A stretch of 15,991 nt of DNA, from IMG/VR virus record IMGVR_UViG_2654588181_000004; one strand, given 5' to 3'. The notes under the pieces are model-generated. The model did not search any database. It saw only the letters and a list, made by a program, of their open reading frames with translations, and had not been told where the DNA came from. This document shows positions 1 to 7,098 of this stretch, one piece after another. Position 1 is the first letter of the stretch. Each line of letters starts with the position of its first letter. The stretch comes from a virus (taxonomy: Duplodnaviria; Heunggongvirae; Uroviricota; Caudoviricetes). A program made the translations under genes and the position numbers.

Positions 1-1362
1 ATGTTTAAACCGGAACTCCTTTCCCCGGCGGGAACGCTGAAAAATATGCGTTACGCTTTCGCTTATGGCGCAGATGCTGTTTATGCGGGCCAGCCGCGTT
101 ACTCCCTGCGTGTGCGCAACAACGAATTCAACCACGAAAATCTTCAGCTCGGCATCAATGAAGCCCACGCGCTGGGGAAAAAGTTTTATGTCGTGGTCAA
201 CATTGCACCGCACAACGCCAAGCTGAAAACCTTTATCCGTGACCTGAAACCGGTGGTGGAAATGGGGCCGGATGCGCTGATTATGTCCGATCCAGGGCTG
301 ATTATGCTGGTGCGTGAGCACTTCCCTGAAATGCCGATCCACCTCTCGGTGCAGGCTAACGCCGTAAACTGGGCGACGGTGAAATTCTGGCAGCAAATGG
401 GCCTGACCCGCGTGATCCTCTCTCGCGAGCTGTCGCTGGAAGAGATTGAAGAGATCCGCAATCAGGTGCCGGATATGGAGATCGAGATCTTCGTTCACGG
501 CGCACTGTGCATGGCCTACTCCGGTCGCTGCCTGCTCTCTGGCTATATCAACAAGCGCGATCCGAACCAGGGTACCTGCACCAACGCCTGCCGCTGGGAG
601 TACAACGTCCAGGAAGGGAAAGAAGATGACGTTGGCAACATCGTACACAAGTACGAGCCGATTCCGGTGCAAAATGTTGAGCCGACGCTGGGTATCGGCG
701 CGCCAACCGACAAAGTGTTTATGATCGAAGAAGCCCAGCGTCCGGGCGAGTATATGACCGCGTTTGAAGATGAGCACGGCACTTACATCATGAACTCGAA
801 AGATCTGCGCGCCATCGCCCATGTAGAACGCCTGACCAAAATGGGCGTGCATTCGCTGAAAATCGAAGGCCGTACTAAATCTTTCTACTATTGCGCACGC
901 ACCGCACAGGTTTACCGTAAAGCTATCGATGACGCCGCTGCGGGCAAACCGTTCGATACCAGCCTGCTGGAAACTCTGGAAGGTCTGGCGCATCGTGGCT
1001 ATACCGAAGGTTTCCTGCGTCGTCATACTCACGACGATTATCAGAACTACGAATACGGTTATTCAGTTTCTGACCGCCAGCAGTTTGTTGGTGAGTTTAC
1101 CGGTGAGCGCAAGGGGGACCTCGCGGCGGTAGCGGTGAAAAATAAATTCTCCGTTGGCGACAGCCTTGAGCTGATGACGCCGCAAGGCAACATTAACTTT
1201 ACCCTTGAGCACATGGAAAACGCCAAAGGTGAAGCGATGCCGGTCGCACCAGGCGATGGTTATACTGTGTGGCTCCCGGTCCCGCAGGATCTTGAGCTCA
1301 ATTACGCTCTGCTGATGCGTAATTTCTCCGGGGAAACCACGCGTAACCCACACGGTAAGTGA
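1..1362 (+). CDS. yegQ: U32-family peptidase-like protein YegQ (TrhP, tRNA hydroxylation factor); complete, 453 aa
   Basis: Full ORF from ATG at 1 to stop at 1362. Protein has the characteristic U32 architecture and cysteine-rich segment (CMAYSGRCLLSGY...CTNACRWEY). Length and sequence match my recollection of E. coli YegQ. Confidence 0.9.
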   Translation: MFKPELLSPAGTLKNMRYAFAYGADAVYAGQPRYSLRVRNNEFNHENLQLGINEAHALGKKFYVVVNIAPHNAKLKTFIRDLKPVVEMGPDALIMSDPGLIMLVREHFPEMPIHLSVQANAVNWATVKFWQQMGLTRVILSRELSLEEIEEIRNQVPDMEIEIFVHGALCMAYSGRCLLSGYINKRDPNQGTCTNACRWEYNVQEGKEDDVGNIVHKYEPIPVQNVEPTLGIGAPTDKVFMIEEAQRPGEYMTAFEDEHGTYIMNSKDLRAIAHVERLTKMGVHSLKIEGRTKSFYYCARTAQVYRKAIDDAAAGKPFDTSLLETLEGLAHRGYTEGFLRRHTHDDYQNYEYGYSVSDRQQFVGEFTGERKGDLAAVAVKNKFSVGDSLELMTPQGNINFTLEHMENAKGEAMPVAPGDGYTVWLPVPQDLELNYALLMRNFSGETTRNPHGK

Positions 1363-1395
1363 TTAATTTCGATTATTTTTCCCGGATGGAAAATT

Positions 1396-1446
1396 CTTAG
1401 AAACCGATCACATACAGCTGCATTTATTAAGGTTATCATCCGTTTC
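1396..1446 (+). promoter_or_regulatory. Probable cyaR promoter: CRP-like site (right half GATCACA at ~1406-1412, centred about 42 bp upstream of the RNA 5' end) and -10-like TATCAT at 1434-1439
   Basis: Seen in sequence: TCACA half-site with a weaker left half (TTAGA), and a -10-like hexamer 7 nt upstream of the putative cyaR 5' end. CyaR is known to be CRP-activated. Confidence 0.45.
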
Positions 1447-1533
1447 GCTGAAAAACATAACCCATAAAATGCTAGCTGTACCAGGAACCACCTCCTTAGC
1501 CTGTGTAATCTCCCTTACACGGGCTTATTTTTT
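1447..1533 (+). ncRNA. cyaR: CyaR (RyeE) Hfq-dependent small RNA; 3' terminator hairpin overlaps the prophage attachment core
   Basis: Sequence GCTGAAAAACATAACCCATAAAATGCTAGCTGTACCAGGAACCACCTCCTTAGCCTGTGTAATCTCCCTTACACGGGCTTATTTTTT matches my recollection of E. coli CyaR. It ends in a stem (GCCTGTGTA/TACACGGGC) plus T-run and lies between yegQ and ogr, as in E. coli K-12. Confidence 0.75.
1507..1533. repeat. Prophage attachment-site core, cyaR-proximal copy (attR-type), 27 bp AATCTCCCTTACACGGGCTTATTTTTT
   Basis: Exact 27-bp direct repeat of 15488-15514. It is the reverse complement of the P2 att core as I recall it (AAAAAATAAGCCCGTGTAAGGGAGATT). Confidence 0.8.
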
Positions 1534-1596
1534 ACGTACAACAAATTGAAATAAAAGGATTTATTTCTGGTCACGTCCACGCATTGACCACATCGA

Positions 1597-1623
1597 CAAA
1601 AAAAGCCCCTCGACTGAGGGGCT
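1597..1623 (-). terminator. Rho-independent terminator downstream of ogr (stem 1604-1611/1616-1623; U-run on minus strand from the A-run 1597-1603)
   Basis: Inverted repeat AGCCCCTC-GACT-GAGGGGCT followed by TTTTTTT on the minus strand, immediately 3' of the ogr stop. A weaker T-rich tract also follows it on the plus strand, so it may act in both directions. Confidence 0.6.
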
Positions 1624-1635
1624 TTCTGTTTGTAA

Positions 1636-1854
1636 TTACATCCACATAATTTGCTGCCCTGACGGCAACGGGTGCGGCCTCACGGCGTGGACTTCTCCCG
1701 GCTTCACGATGTATCGCTGTACCGACTCATAAGTGATGAACGTGGCGCTGCAATTCACGTTCTGACACTGGTGATAACGCTCTTTTGTCGTGTCAGTGAT
1801 ATAGCGGCTTGTACGCGCATGTGCGGCATGCTGGCATAAAGGACAATGAAACAT
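1636..1854 (-). CDS. ogr: P2 Ogr-type late-gene transcriptional activator (C4 zinc finger), 72 aa
   Basis: MFHCPLCQHAAHARTSRYITDTTKERYHQCQNVNC... carries the CxxC...CxxxxC zinc-finger pattern of the Ogr/Delta family. Start taken at the internal ATG (1854), not the upstream alternative start of the track ORF. Confidence 0.85.
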   Translation of the reverse strand: MFHCPLCQHAAHARTSRYITDTTKERYHQCQNVNCSATFITYESVQRYIVKPGEVHAVRPHPLPSGQQIMWM

Positions 1855-1935
1855 CGCGAGCACCTCTTCCGGTTTTGTTGATGGTGCCATTTTAGTCAAT
1901 TTATCCTTATAAAACAAACAGATAAACAAAACACA

Positions 1936-3099
1936 TCACTCATCATCTTCTGTTTCATACTCCACATCAGAAAGCCTGACCTCAAGTTCTAAGGACGTCG
2001 TGAAGCCGCTATTATTCAGAAAGTGAGTCACCTTAGTGATTGTCCAGTCCTGCTCGTCTATGACGCGCTTAAAGCCTGACACTTTAACTGGTGTTTCCGT
2101 GTAAATATCTGCCCGACCGGTAGCCAGGCTGATGGAGAACTCCGCCACACCCCGTTGCAGTTTATCCCACTTCGCCTGAGCGGCGCGCATGGCCTGCGCT
2201 TTCGTGGCATATACCGTGGTCAGGGCAAAAACGTTGTCAGCTTCACCGGCCATGTATTCACCTTCGCGCGCTTCCGGTACTTTTGGCGCTTTCTTCTGCG
2301 TGACTGGTTTCGCTTTCGGGTGCTCCAGTGCGCGCAGGTGTTTTTCTTTCTTTTTGCGTTTCAGTTTTACCTTCTGCTTTTGCGGCTTCGGGTCTTTGGT
2401 GTGAAGCCACTTTGCCGTTACGCCGGTATAGGCTCCACGGTCAGCAATCGCAAAATGGTGGCGGTCGCCGTCGCTGCGGGTTATGGTGACCTGCGGGATT
2501 TTTTTACCGCTGGCCGTCACCCCCTGCCCCGCTTTGAGAAACAACAGTTTTCCCATTTTTACCGAGACCTCACCGCCGTTGCGTTCTGCAAGACGGGTCA
2601 GGAATTTCGCATCAGACTCCTGCGACTGGTCGATGTGCGGAATTTTAATTCCGGCCAGTGACGGCGCGACACTGGCTTCCAGCCTGTTACGGGAGGCTAT
2701 CGCCTCAACAATCGCACCGAGCGTGGTGTCATGCCATGAGCCTTCCCGGCGGGAATTGAGCGTCCCGCGAAAATCTGCACTCCGGGCACGGATGGTGACC
2801 ACATCCGGCGCGCCCCGGTGTTCAACCTCATCAACGGTAAATTTCCCTTTGCATACCAGGGCAAAACCTTTCCAGCCGATATACACCGTCAGGACAGCGC
2901 CACGAACCGGCAGCCCGACCTGCCCGTCGGCATCGTTCAGTTCAATATCAAGCTGGTCAGCCTCAAAGCCCCGGTTATCCGTCAGGGTCATGCTCATCAG
3001 ACGGTCGCTGATATTGCCGGTAATATCCCTGCTGTCGAGCATCAGCATGTAATCCGGCGTCAGCGTACTGCCTGCATCAAATGTCAGCGTATCCAGCAT
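1936..3099 (-). CDS. D: P2 gpD-like tail protein (late control gene D), 387 aa
   Basis: 387-aa ORF, the same length as P2 gpD, directly upstream of ogr in the P2 gene order. Its ATG overlaps the stop of the upstream ORF (TAATG). Confidence 0.85.
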   Translation of the reverse strand: MLDTLTFDAGSTLTPDYMLMLDSRDITGNISDRLMSMTLTDNRGFEADQLDIELNDADGQVGLPVRGAVLTVYIGWKGFALVCKGKFTVDEVEHRGAPDVVTIRARSADFRGTLNSRREGSWHDTTLGAIVEAIASRNRLEASVAPSLAGIKIPHIDQSQESDAKFLTRLAERNGGEVSVKMGKLLFLKAGQGVTASGKKIPQVTITRSDGDRHHFAIADRGAYTGVTAKWLHTKDPKPQKQKVKLKRKKKEKHLRALEHPKAKPVTQKKAPKVPEAREGEYMAGEADNVFALTTVYATKAQAMRAAQAKWDKLQRGVAEFSISLATGRADIYTETPVKVSGFKRVIDEQDWTITKVTHFLNNSGFTTSLELEVRLSDVEYETEDDE

Positions 3100-5039
3100 T
3101 ATCCCGCCCCCGTCATACCCGTGAATTTAGTTGCCATACTGCCCGCCTTCAGCCCTTCAACCACACCGCCAAAGAATGCGCTGACAGGCTCCCAGTATTT
3201 ACGGATAAGTAACGCCCCGGCGACAATAGCGGCCACCACAGCCACAACCGGCCAGCTAATCGCCCCGATGGCGGTCATAACAGCACTGCCAACCGTCGTG
3301 AAGATTGCCCCCATTGCGCCTGCTGCCGCGATGATGGCATTAATGCCGGTGATAACCGGCCAGGCTACAAGACCAATTGCACCGATGATGCCAGTAAGCG
3401 CCAGTGCACCGCCAGCAATGATGCCGATGGTTGACGCCAGTGATTTGTTTTTCTGTATCCAGCCGTCGAGTTTTAACACATACTTTGTGGCCGTCTGCGT
3501 GAGATTACGCAGTGCGCCTTCCTGCTGGTCAAACAGGTCAGTCCCCACCGCCTCATAAGCGGACTGAAACTCTTTAAAGTCACCGCCTAGGTTGTCCTGC
3601 ATGATATTTACCAGCTCGGCGGTCTTCCCGTCTGAGGCTTTAAACGCAGCGGTCAGTTTGTCCAGCTTTCCGGTTGAGGCGGCAGTCATCAGCACGGCGG
3701 CGGCTGAGCTGGCTTCCTCCCCGAAAATGGTTTTCATGTATTCAGCCTGCTGGGCAGTACCGAGCCGGTTTTTCTCAAAACTGGCCTGCATTTCTTTCAG
3801 AATGGTAAATATTGGTCGGGTGTTTCCCTTGCTGTCTGAGGTTTTCACACCAAGCTCTTTGAGTGCATCCCATGCTTTTCCCGTCGGTGCCTGCAGGCGG
3901 CTTAACACGGCACGGCTTCCCGTCCCCGCCATTGAACCGGTAATTTTTGCATCATGCAGCGCCCCGACCATTGCGGCGGTTTCTTCAATGCTGACACCGG
4001 CATTTTTTGCCACAGGTGCGGCATAGGTCAGCGCATCGCTCATGCCGTCAAAATCGGCGGCGGTTTTGTTCATCGTCATGGAGAGAACATCCCCGATATG
4101 AGCGACCTTATCGTTTGAAAGCTGAAAGGCGGATTTCATCCCCATCAGCAGGGCGGCGTTTTCTTCCATCGTGCGACGGTTCGCCAGCGCCATATTCAGC
4201 GTGACCGGCGTTGCCGCCTGAATGGCATCAACATCCCCACCGGCTTTCGCAATGATAATCTGCGCACCGGCAGCATCATCCGCCGAGGCGGCTGTGTTGT
4301 CGCCGAGCTGGCGCGCCTGCTTGCGGAGTGCAGCCATTTCGGCGGAGTCTTTTGCCACACCGAGCACGGCCTGCAATTCTGAGTTTTTCTGCGCAAACTC
4401 ATAACCGGGCATCAGCAGCTTAACTCCGGCCATCGTTCCCGCCGCCGCAATCCCCACACCGGCAGCGCCCACTGAGGCCATATTTCCGGCCAGTTCCTTT
4501 CCTGCCTGATAACGCTGTTTGACTGCGTTAAGTTTTGCCTGTTGTGCACTGACACGCGCCAGCGCGTCACGCTGTCGGTTAAGCTGTGCGGTGGTTTCAC
4601 TGATACGGTTTTTCAGTCCCTGCTCATCATGTGCAAGATTGCGGGTATTAATTCCCACAACGGCCAGTTCCCGCTGCTGGCGTTTAACGGAATCCGTCAG
4701 GCGGTTATATTTCGCCTGTAAGTCCTCCGCCGCACGCTTTGCGGATTCCAGCAATTTCGCCTGAGCACGGGTCGGACGTTCGGTGTTTTTAAACTGTGTG
4801 GCAAGGGCTTCGGCCTCCTGCCGTGCCTTTTCAAGTGCATGACCAGTCACGGCGAGCTGTGCACTGGTCTTGCGGAATCCCTCAATACGGGATGCGTGAC
4901 CGTTCAGCTCGCGCAGTGATTTTTGTGTTTCCCGGATATCCCCCGACAGCGACTTGCTCGCTGTACGGATGGATTTAAACGGGCGGGATGCCTGGTCAAC
5001 AGCCCTGAGCAATACCTGTAATTTTACATTGTTACTCAT
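3099..5039 (-). CDS. T: Tail tape-measure protein, gpT-like, 646 aa; probably shortened at its C-terminus, with no separate gpU gene
   Basis: Long Ala/Gln-rich coiled-coil protein ending in a hydrophobic Gly/Ala-rich segment, encoded immediately after E+E'. P2 gpT is about 815 aa as I recall, followed by gpU; here the ORF stops at the D start codon. Confidence 0.7.
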   Translation of the reverse strand: MSNNVKLQVLLRAVDQASRPFKSIRTASKSLSGDIRETQKSLRELNGHASRIEGFRKTSAQLAVTGHALEKARQEAEALATQFKNTERPTRAQAKLLESAKRAAEDLQAKYNRLTDSVKRQQRELAVVGINTRNLAHDEQGLKNRISETTAQLNRQRDALARVSAQQAKLNAVKQRYQAGKELAGNMASVGAAGVGIAAAGTMAGVKLLMPGYEFAQKNSELQAVLGVAKDSAEMAALRKQARQLGDNTAASADDAAGAQIIIAKAGGDVDAIQAATPVTLNMALANRRTMEENAALLMGMKSAFQLSNDKVAHIGDVLSMTMNKTAADFDGMSDALTYAAPVAKNAGVSIEETAAMVGALHDAKITGSMAGTGSRAVLSRLQAPTGKAWDALKELGVKTSDSKGNTRPIFTILKEMQASFEKNRLGTAQQAEYMKTIFGEEASSAAAVLMTAASTGKLDKLTAAFKASDGKTAELVNIMQDNLGGDFKEFQSAYEAVGTDLFDQQEGALRNLTQTATKYVLKLDGWIQKNKSLASTIGIIAGGALALTGIIGAIGLVAWPVITGINAIIAAAGAMGAIFTTVGSAVMTAIGAISWPVVAVVAAIVAGALLIRKYWEPVSAFFGGVVEGLKAGSMATKFTGMTGAG

Positions 5040-5459
5040 TCGTGTTTCCGCTTCGCCGGAGCGCCTTTTCGCGCCATGTGATGAGTTCGGTCAGACTCAT
5101 GGGATACAGTTCTGATGGCGGCCAGTGAAATATCACTGCCACATCCGCCATCAGGTCATCGACCGACAGATTTTTCGGGAACGTCACTGCACCGAGTTCG
5201 GCGACAAAAAACCGACCACCTTACCGGCCAGCGCCACAAGGTCAGGCAGTTCCAGCGCGGCGACCTCCTGCTCGGTCAGCATCGGTGCCGTCATGCGCGG
5301 CAGCACTTTAATCAGTGCATCGACTTCGGAGTTTGCGACCGCAGCCAGACTGACACCGCGCAGCGTCCCGGCATTAGGTTTCATCAGCGTGACCTGTTCG
5401 ATAACCTGTTCACCACGTTTAACCGGATTATCCAGGGTAATGACGTTTTCTTTGTTCAT
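5032..5459 (-). CDS. gpE+E' -1 frameshift fusion product, predicted 142 aa
   Basis: Reading the -1 frame after the TTTTTTG site gives a 57-codon open extension (VAELGAVTFPKNL...RRSGNTNE) ending at a TAA that overlaps the T start. 85 + 57 = 142 aa, matching the P2 E+E' length as I recall it. Confidence 0.6.
5184..5459 (-). CDS. E: P2 gpE-like tail assembly chaperone, 91 aa (zero-frame product)
   Basis: 91-aa ORF between FII and T, the same length and position as P2 gpE. Contains the T6G slippery site near its 3' end. Confidence 0.85.
   Translation of the reverse strand: MNKENVITLDNPVKRGEQVIEQVTLMKPNAGTLRGVSLAAVANSEVDALIKVLPRMTAPMLTEQEVAALELPDLVALAGKVVGFLSPNSVQ
5205..5211 (-). other. Programmed -1 ribosomal frameshift slippery heptamer T TTT TTG (E to E+E')
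   Basis: Minus-strand sequence GGTCGGTTTTTTGTCGCC. Heptamer position and an open -1 frame are both seen in the sequence. Analogous to the lambda G/GT and P2 E/E' frameshift. Confidence 0.6.
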
Positions 5460-5515
5460 GGTTTTCTCACTTCTGAATCGGGGTTAACCGGTCAGCCAGG
5501 CTGACCGGATGAAAA

Positions 5516-6034
5516 TCACAGGCCGATATTGCGGCGGTGTTGCTCCAGCCGGTCGACGCCGTTCACCTTCTCAATCATGTTGATGGTGTCGATTTCGACC
5601 AGCTCCTTACCGTCCATCGTCAGCCGGAAATAGGTGCAGACCACGGAGATTTTCGACTCGGTGTCTTCTCCTTGTTTACCCTCGCCGGTGTCGATTTCTT
5701 TCTGACGGCCACGCATGACCACCTCGACGGCCACCGTTTCGCCGGTATCGTCGCGCTGGTAAGAGCCTGCAAAACGAATCGGCACAGCATCCACACCGGT
5801 TGCGGCGTAAAGCTCCCAGATAACCGAATCCGGGAAGCCCCCGAGCGACCACTCCATTGACAGCGCATCGTCATCAAGGCCGAGGTCTACCGGTGCGCTG
5901 CCGTTCATCCCCGCACCGCGATAGTTTTCGAGCTTACGGGTCAGTTTTGGCAGCGTGACGGACTTTGCAACGCCCTGATAGCTGTAGCCGTTCAGAAAGA
6001 CGTTCATTAACTTGAGTTTGCGCGGCATTGCCAT
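5516..6034 (-). CDS. FII: P2 gpFII-like tail tube protein, 172 aa
   Basis: 172-aa ORF, the P2 FII length, located between the FI remnant and E. Confidence 0.85.
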   Translation of the reverse strand: MAMPRKLKLMNVFLNGYSYQGVAKSVTLPKLTRKLENYRGAGMNGSAPVDLGLDDDALSMEWSLGGFPDSVIWELYAATGVDAVPIRFAGSYQRDDTGETVAVEVVMRGRQKEIDTGEGKQGEDTESKISVVCTYFRLTMDGKELVEIDTINMIEKVNGVDRLEQHRRNIGL

Positions 6035-6046
6035 CGGTCAGGCTCC

Positions 6047-6490
6047 TTAATTGCTGTTAACCGAGGTGACCAGATTTGCCAGGTATTTATCGGTAATACG
6101 CTGGCGCAGGGTCAGGTTTTCGAGAGGAGGCACCGGTGTATAGTCGTAGTCGATATACAGTTTTCCGGCCTTGAGGGTTTCCGCATCGTTGGATTCTTCG
6201 CTGAACCAGCATGAGCCATCCACTATATAGCCGTTTGTTTTCAGCTCACGGAATTTGGCATTGATGCCGTCAACGATGTCGCGAATCAGCGTTGCGGTGA
6301 TGGGCTTGTCCACCGCCCACATGTGCGCCTCAGCCATCGTGTCGGCCAGCACCTGCGCGGTGCGGGTGTAGTTTTCAAAGAGGAACAGCGGGTCATCAGA
6401 GCAGGTACGGTTACCCCAGAAGCGGAAACCGTCGCGGCGAATCAGCGTTGTGACGCCTGACTCATTAAGCAGGTCAGCATCGGTGTCCGC
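6047..6490 (-). pseudogene. FI: Tail sheath gene FI, 3' fragment only (about 150 C-terminal codons); 5' portion deleted
   Basis: Reading frame is open upstream of the track ORF up to about 6505 with no start codon (…[59 protein letters not shown]…). It then collides with an unrelated plus-strand frame. A full sheath protein would be about 390 aa. Confidence 0.7.
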
Positions 6491-6595
6491 AATGAGCTTA
6501 TCCCGTTACAGGACAGGATCCGCGAGATAAACGGCTGGCTCGGTCAGGAGGTCATCCGCTTTAAAAACTACTCACTGGACACTGACAACGGCTGA
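6491..6595 (+). pseudogene. Probable 3'-terminal fragment of the portal/capsid gene Q (…LQDRIREINGWLGQEVIRFKNYSLDTDNG*)
   Basis: Short open frame ending at TGA 6593-6595, followed by a terminator and then the cos site about 170 bp downstream. This is where the 3' end of Q lies in P2. The exact junction with FI (about 6460-6510) cannot be fixed without a reference. Confidence 0.4.
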
Positions 6596-6600
6596 ACATC

Positions 6601-6622
6601 GCCGCCTGCGGGCGGCTTTTTT
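6601..6622 (+). terminator. Rho-independent terminator (GCCGCC-TGCG-GGCGGC + TTTTTT)
   Basis: Perfect 6-bp GC stem, 4-nt loop and a T6 run directly after the Q-fragment stop. Confidence 0.65.
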
Positions 6623-6764
6623 GCACCCCGTCATCACGCCCTCACACGCTCACCACCGCACAAAACACCCCGCAGACACACCAACGCCACGGCGCACAAT
6701 CTAAACGCCATCACGACGCGCTGAGACGCTGAAAAAATAAAATCAGCACCACCGCCAGCGCGCA

Positions 6765-6783
6765 GTGCTTTCCCCGCCTCGCC
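6765..6783. other. P2-type cos site (19-nt cohesive end), present as the reverse complement GTGCTTTCCCCGCCTCGCC
   Basis: Reverse complement equals GGCGAGGCGGGGAAAGCAC, which I recall as the P2 cohesive-end sequence. Flanking sequence also resembles the P2 left end. Confidence 0.7.
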
Positions 6784-7087
6784 CGCCCGCTTCATGGGGC
6801 GGTTTTAATGCAGTTGCATGATGAAACTGAAATCACATCAGCACTGACCGAAACTGACAAAAAGAATAGTATCTGACACATGCAAAAACACGCACTTAAT
6901 ATACGCCTATCTATAGCTCCTACAGGATTGTCAAAAAACGACCAACTCGTCATAGCGTAAACACATTTGGCTCAACGAACACTTACGTTATATGCCTCTT
7001 GCACATATCAAAGTCTTAAGGTAGATCTTTACCACTAAGTGGCTATATTAAGCTGCTTTTTTACATACAATAAAAGCTTTATCGTAT

Positions 7088-7091
7088 GAGG
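7088..7091 (+). promoter_or_regulatory. Shine-Dalgarno GAGG, 7 nt upstream of the ATG of the 738-aa ORF; an AT-rich putative promoter region lies at about 6990-7080
   Basis: GAGG followed by CATAAAA then ATG. The upstream 300 bp is AT-rich with several -10-like hexamers (for example TATATT at 7044-7049), none assigned with confidence. Confidence 0.45.
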
Positions 7092-7098
7092 CATAAAA

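Noticed and set aside
1855-1929. N-terminal extension of ogr to a 97-aa ORF
   Set aside because: Ogr is a 72-aa protein beginning MFHCPLCQ. The extension starts from a non-ATG codon and would abut the D stop, leaving no room for the ogr promoter.
2600-2740. Lys-rich low-complexity stretch in gpD (KDPKPQKQKVKLKRKKKEKHLRALEHPKAKP...)
   Set aside because: Considered as a possible insertion, but the ORF has the canonical 387-aa gpD length, so it is probably a native linker of this protein family.
2155-3558. Plus-strand ORFs of 168, 71, 189 and 246 aa overlapping genes D and T
   Set aside because: They run antisense inside well-supported minus-strand phage genes, have low-complexity Ala/Ser/Pro/Arg-rich translations typical of GC-rich antisense frames, and lack a convincing RBS.
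3592-4978. Several 60-144 aa ORFs on both strands inside the tape-measure gene
   Set aside because: Shadow ORFs within the T coding region; compositionally biased and with no independent signals.
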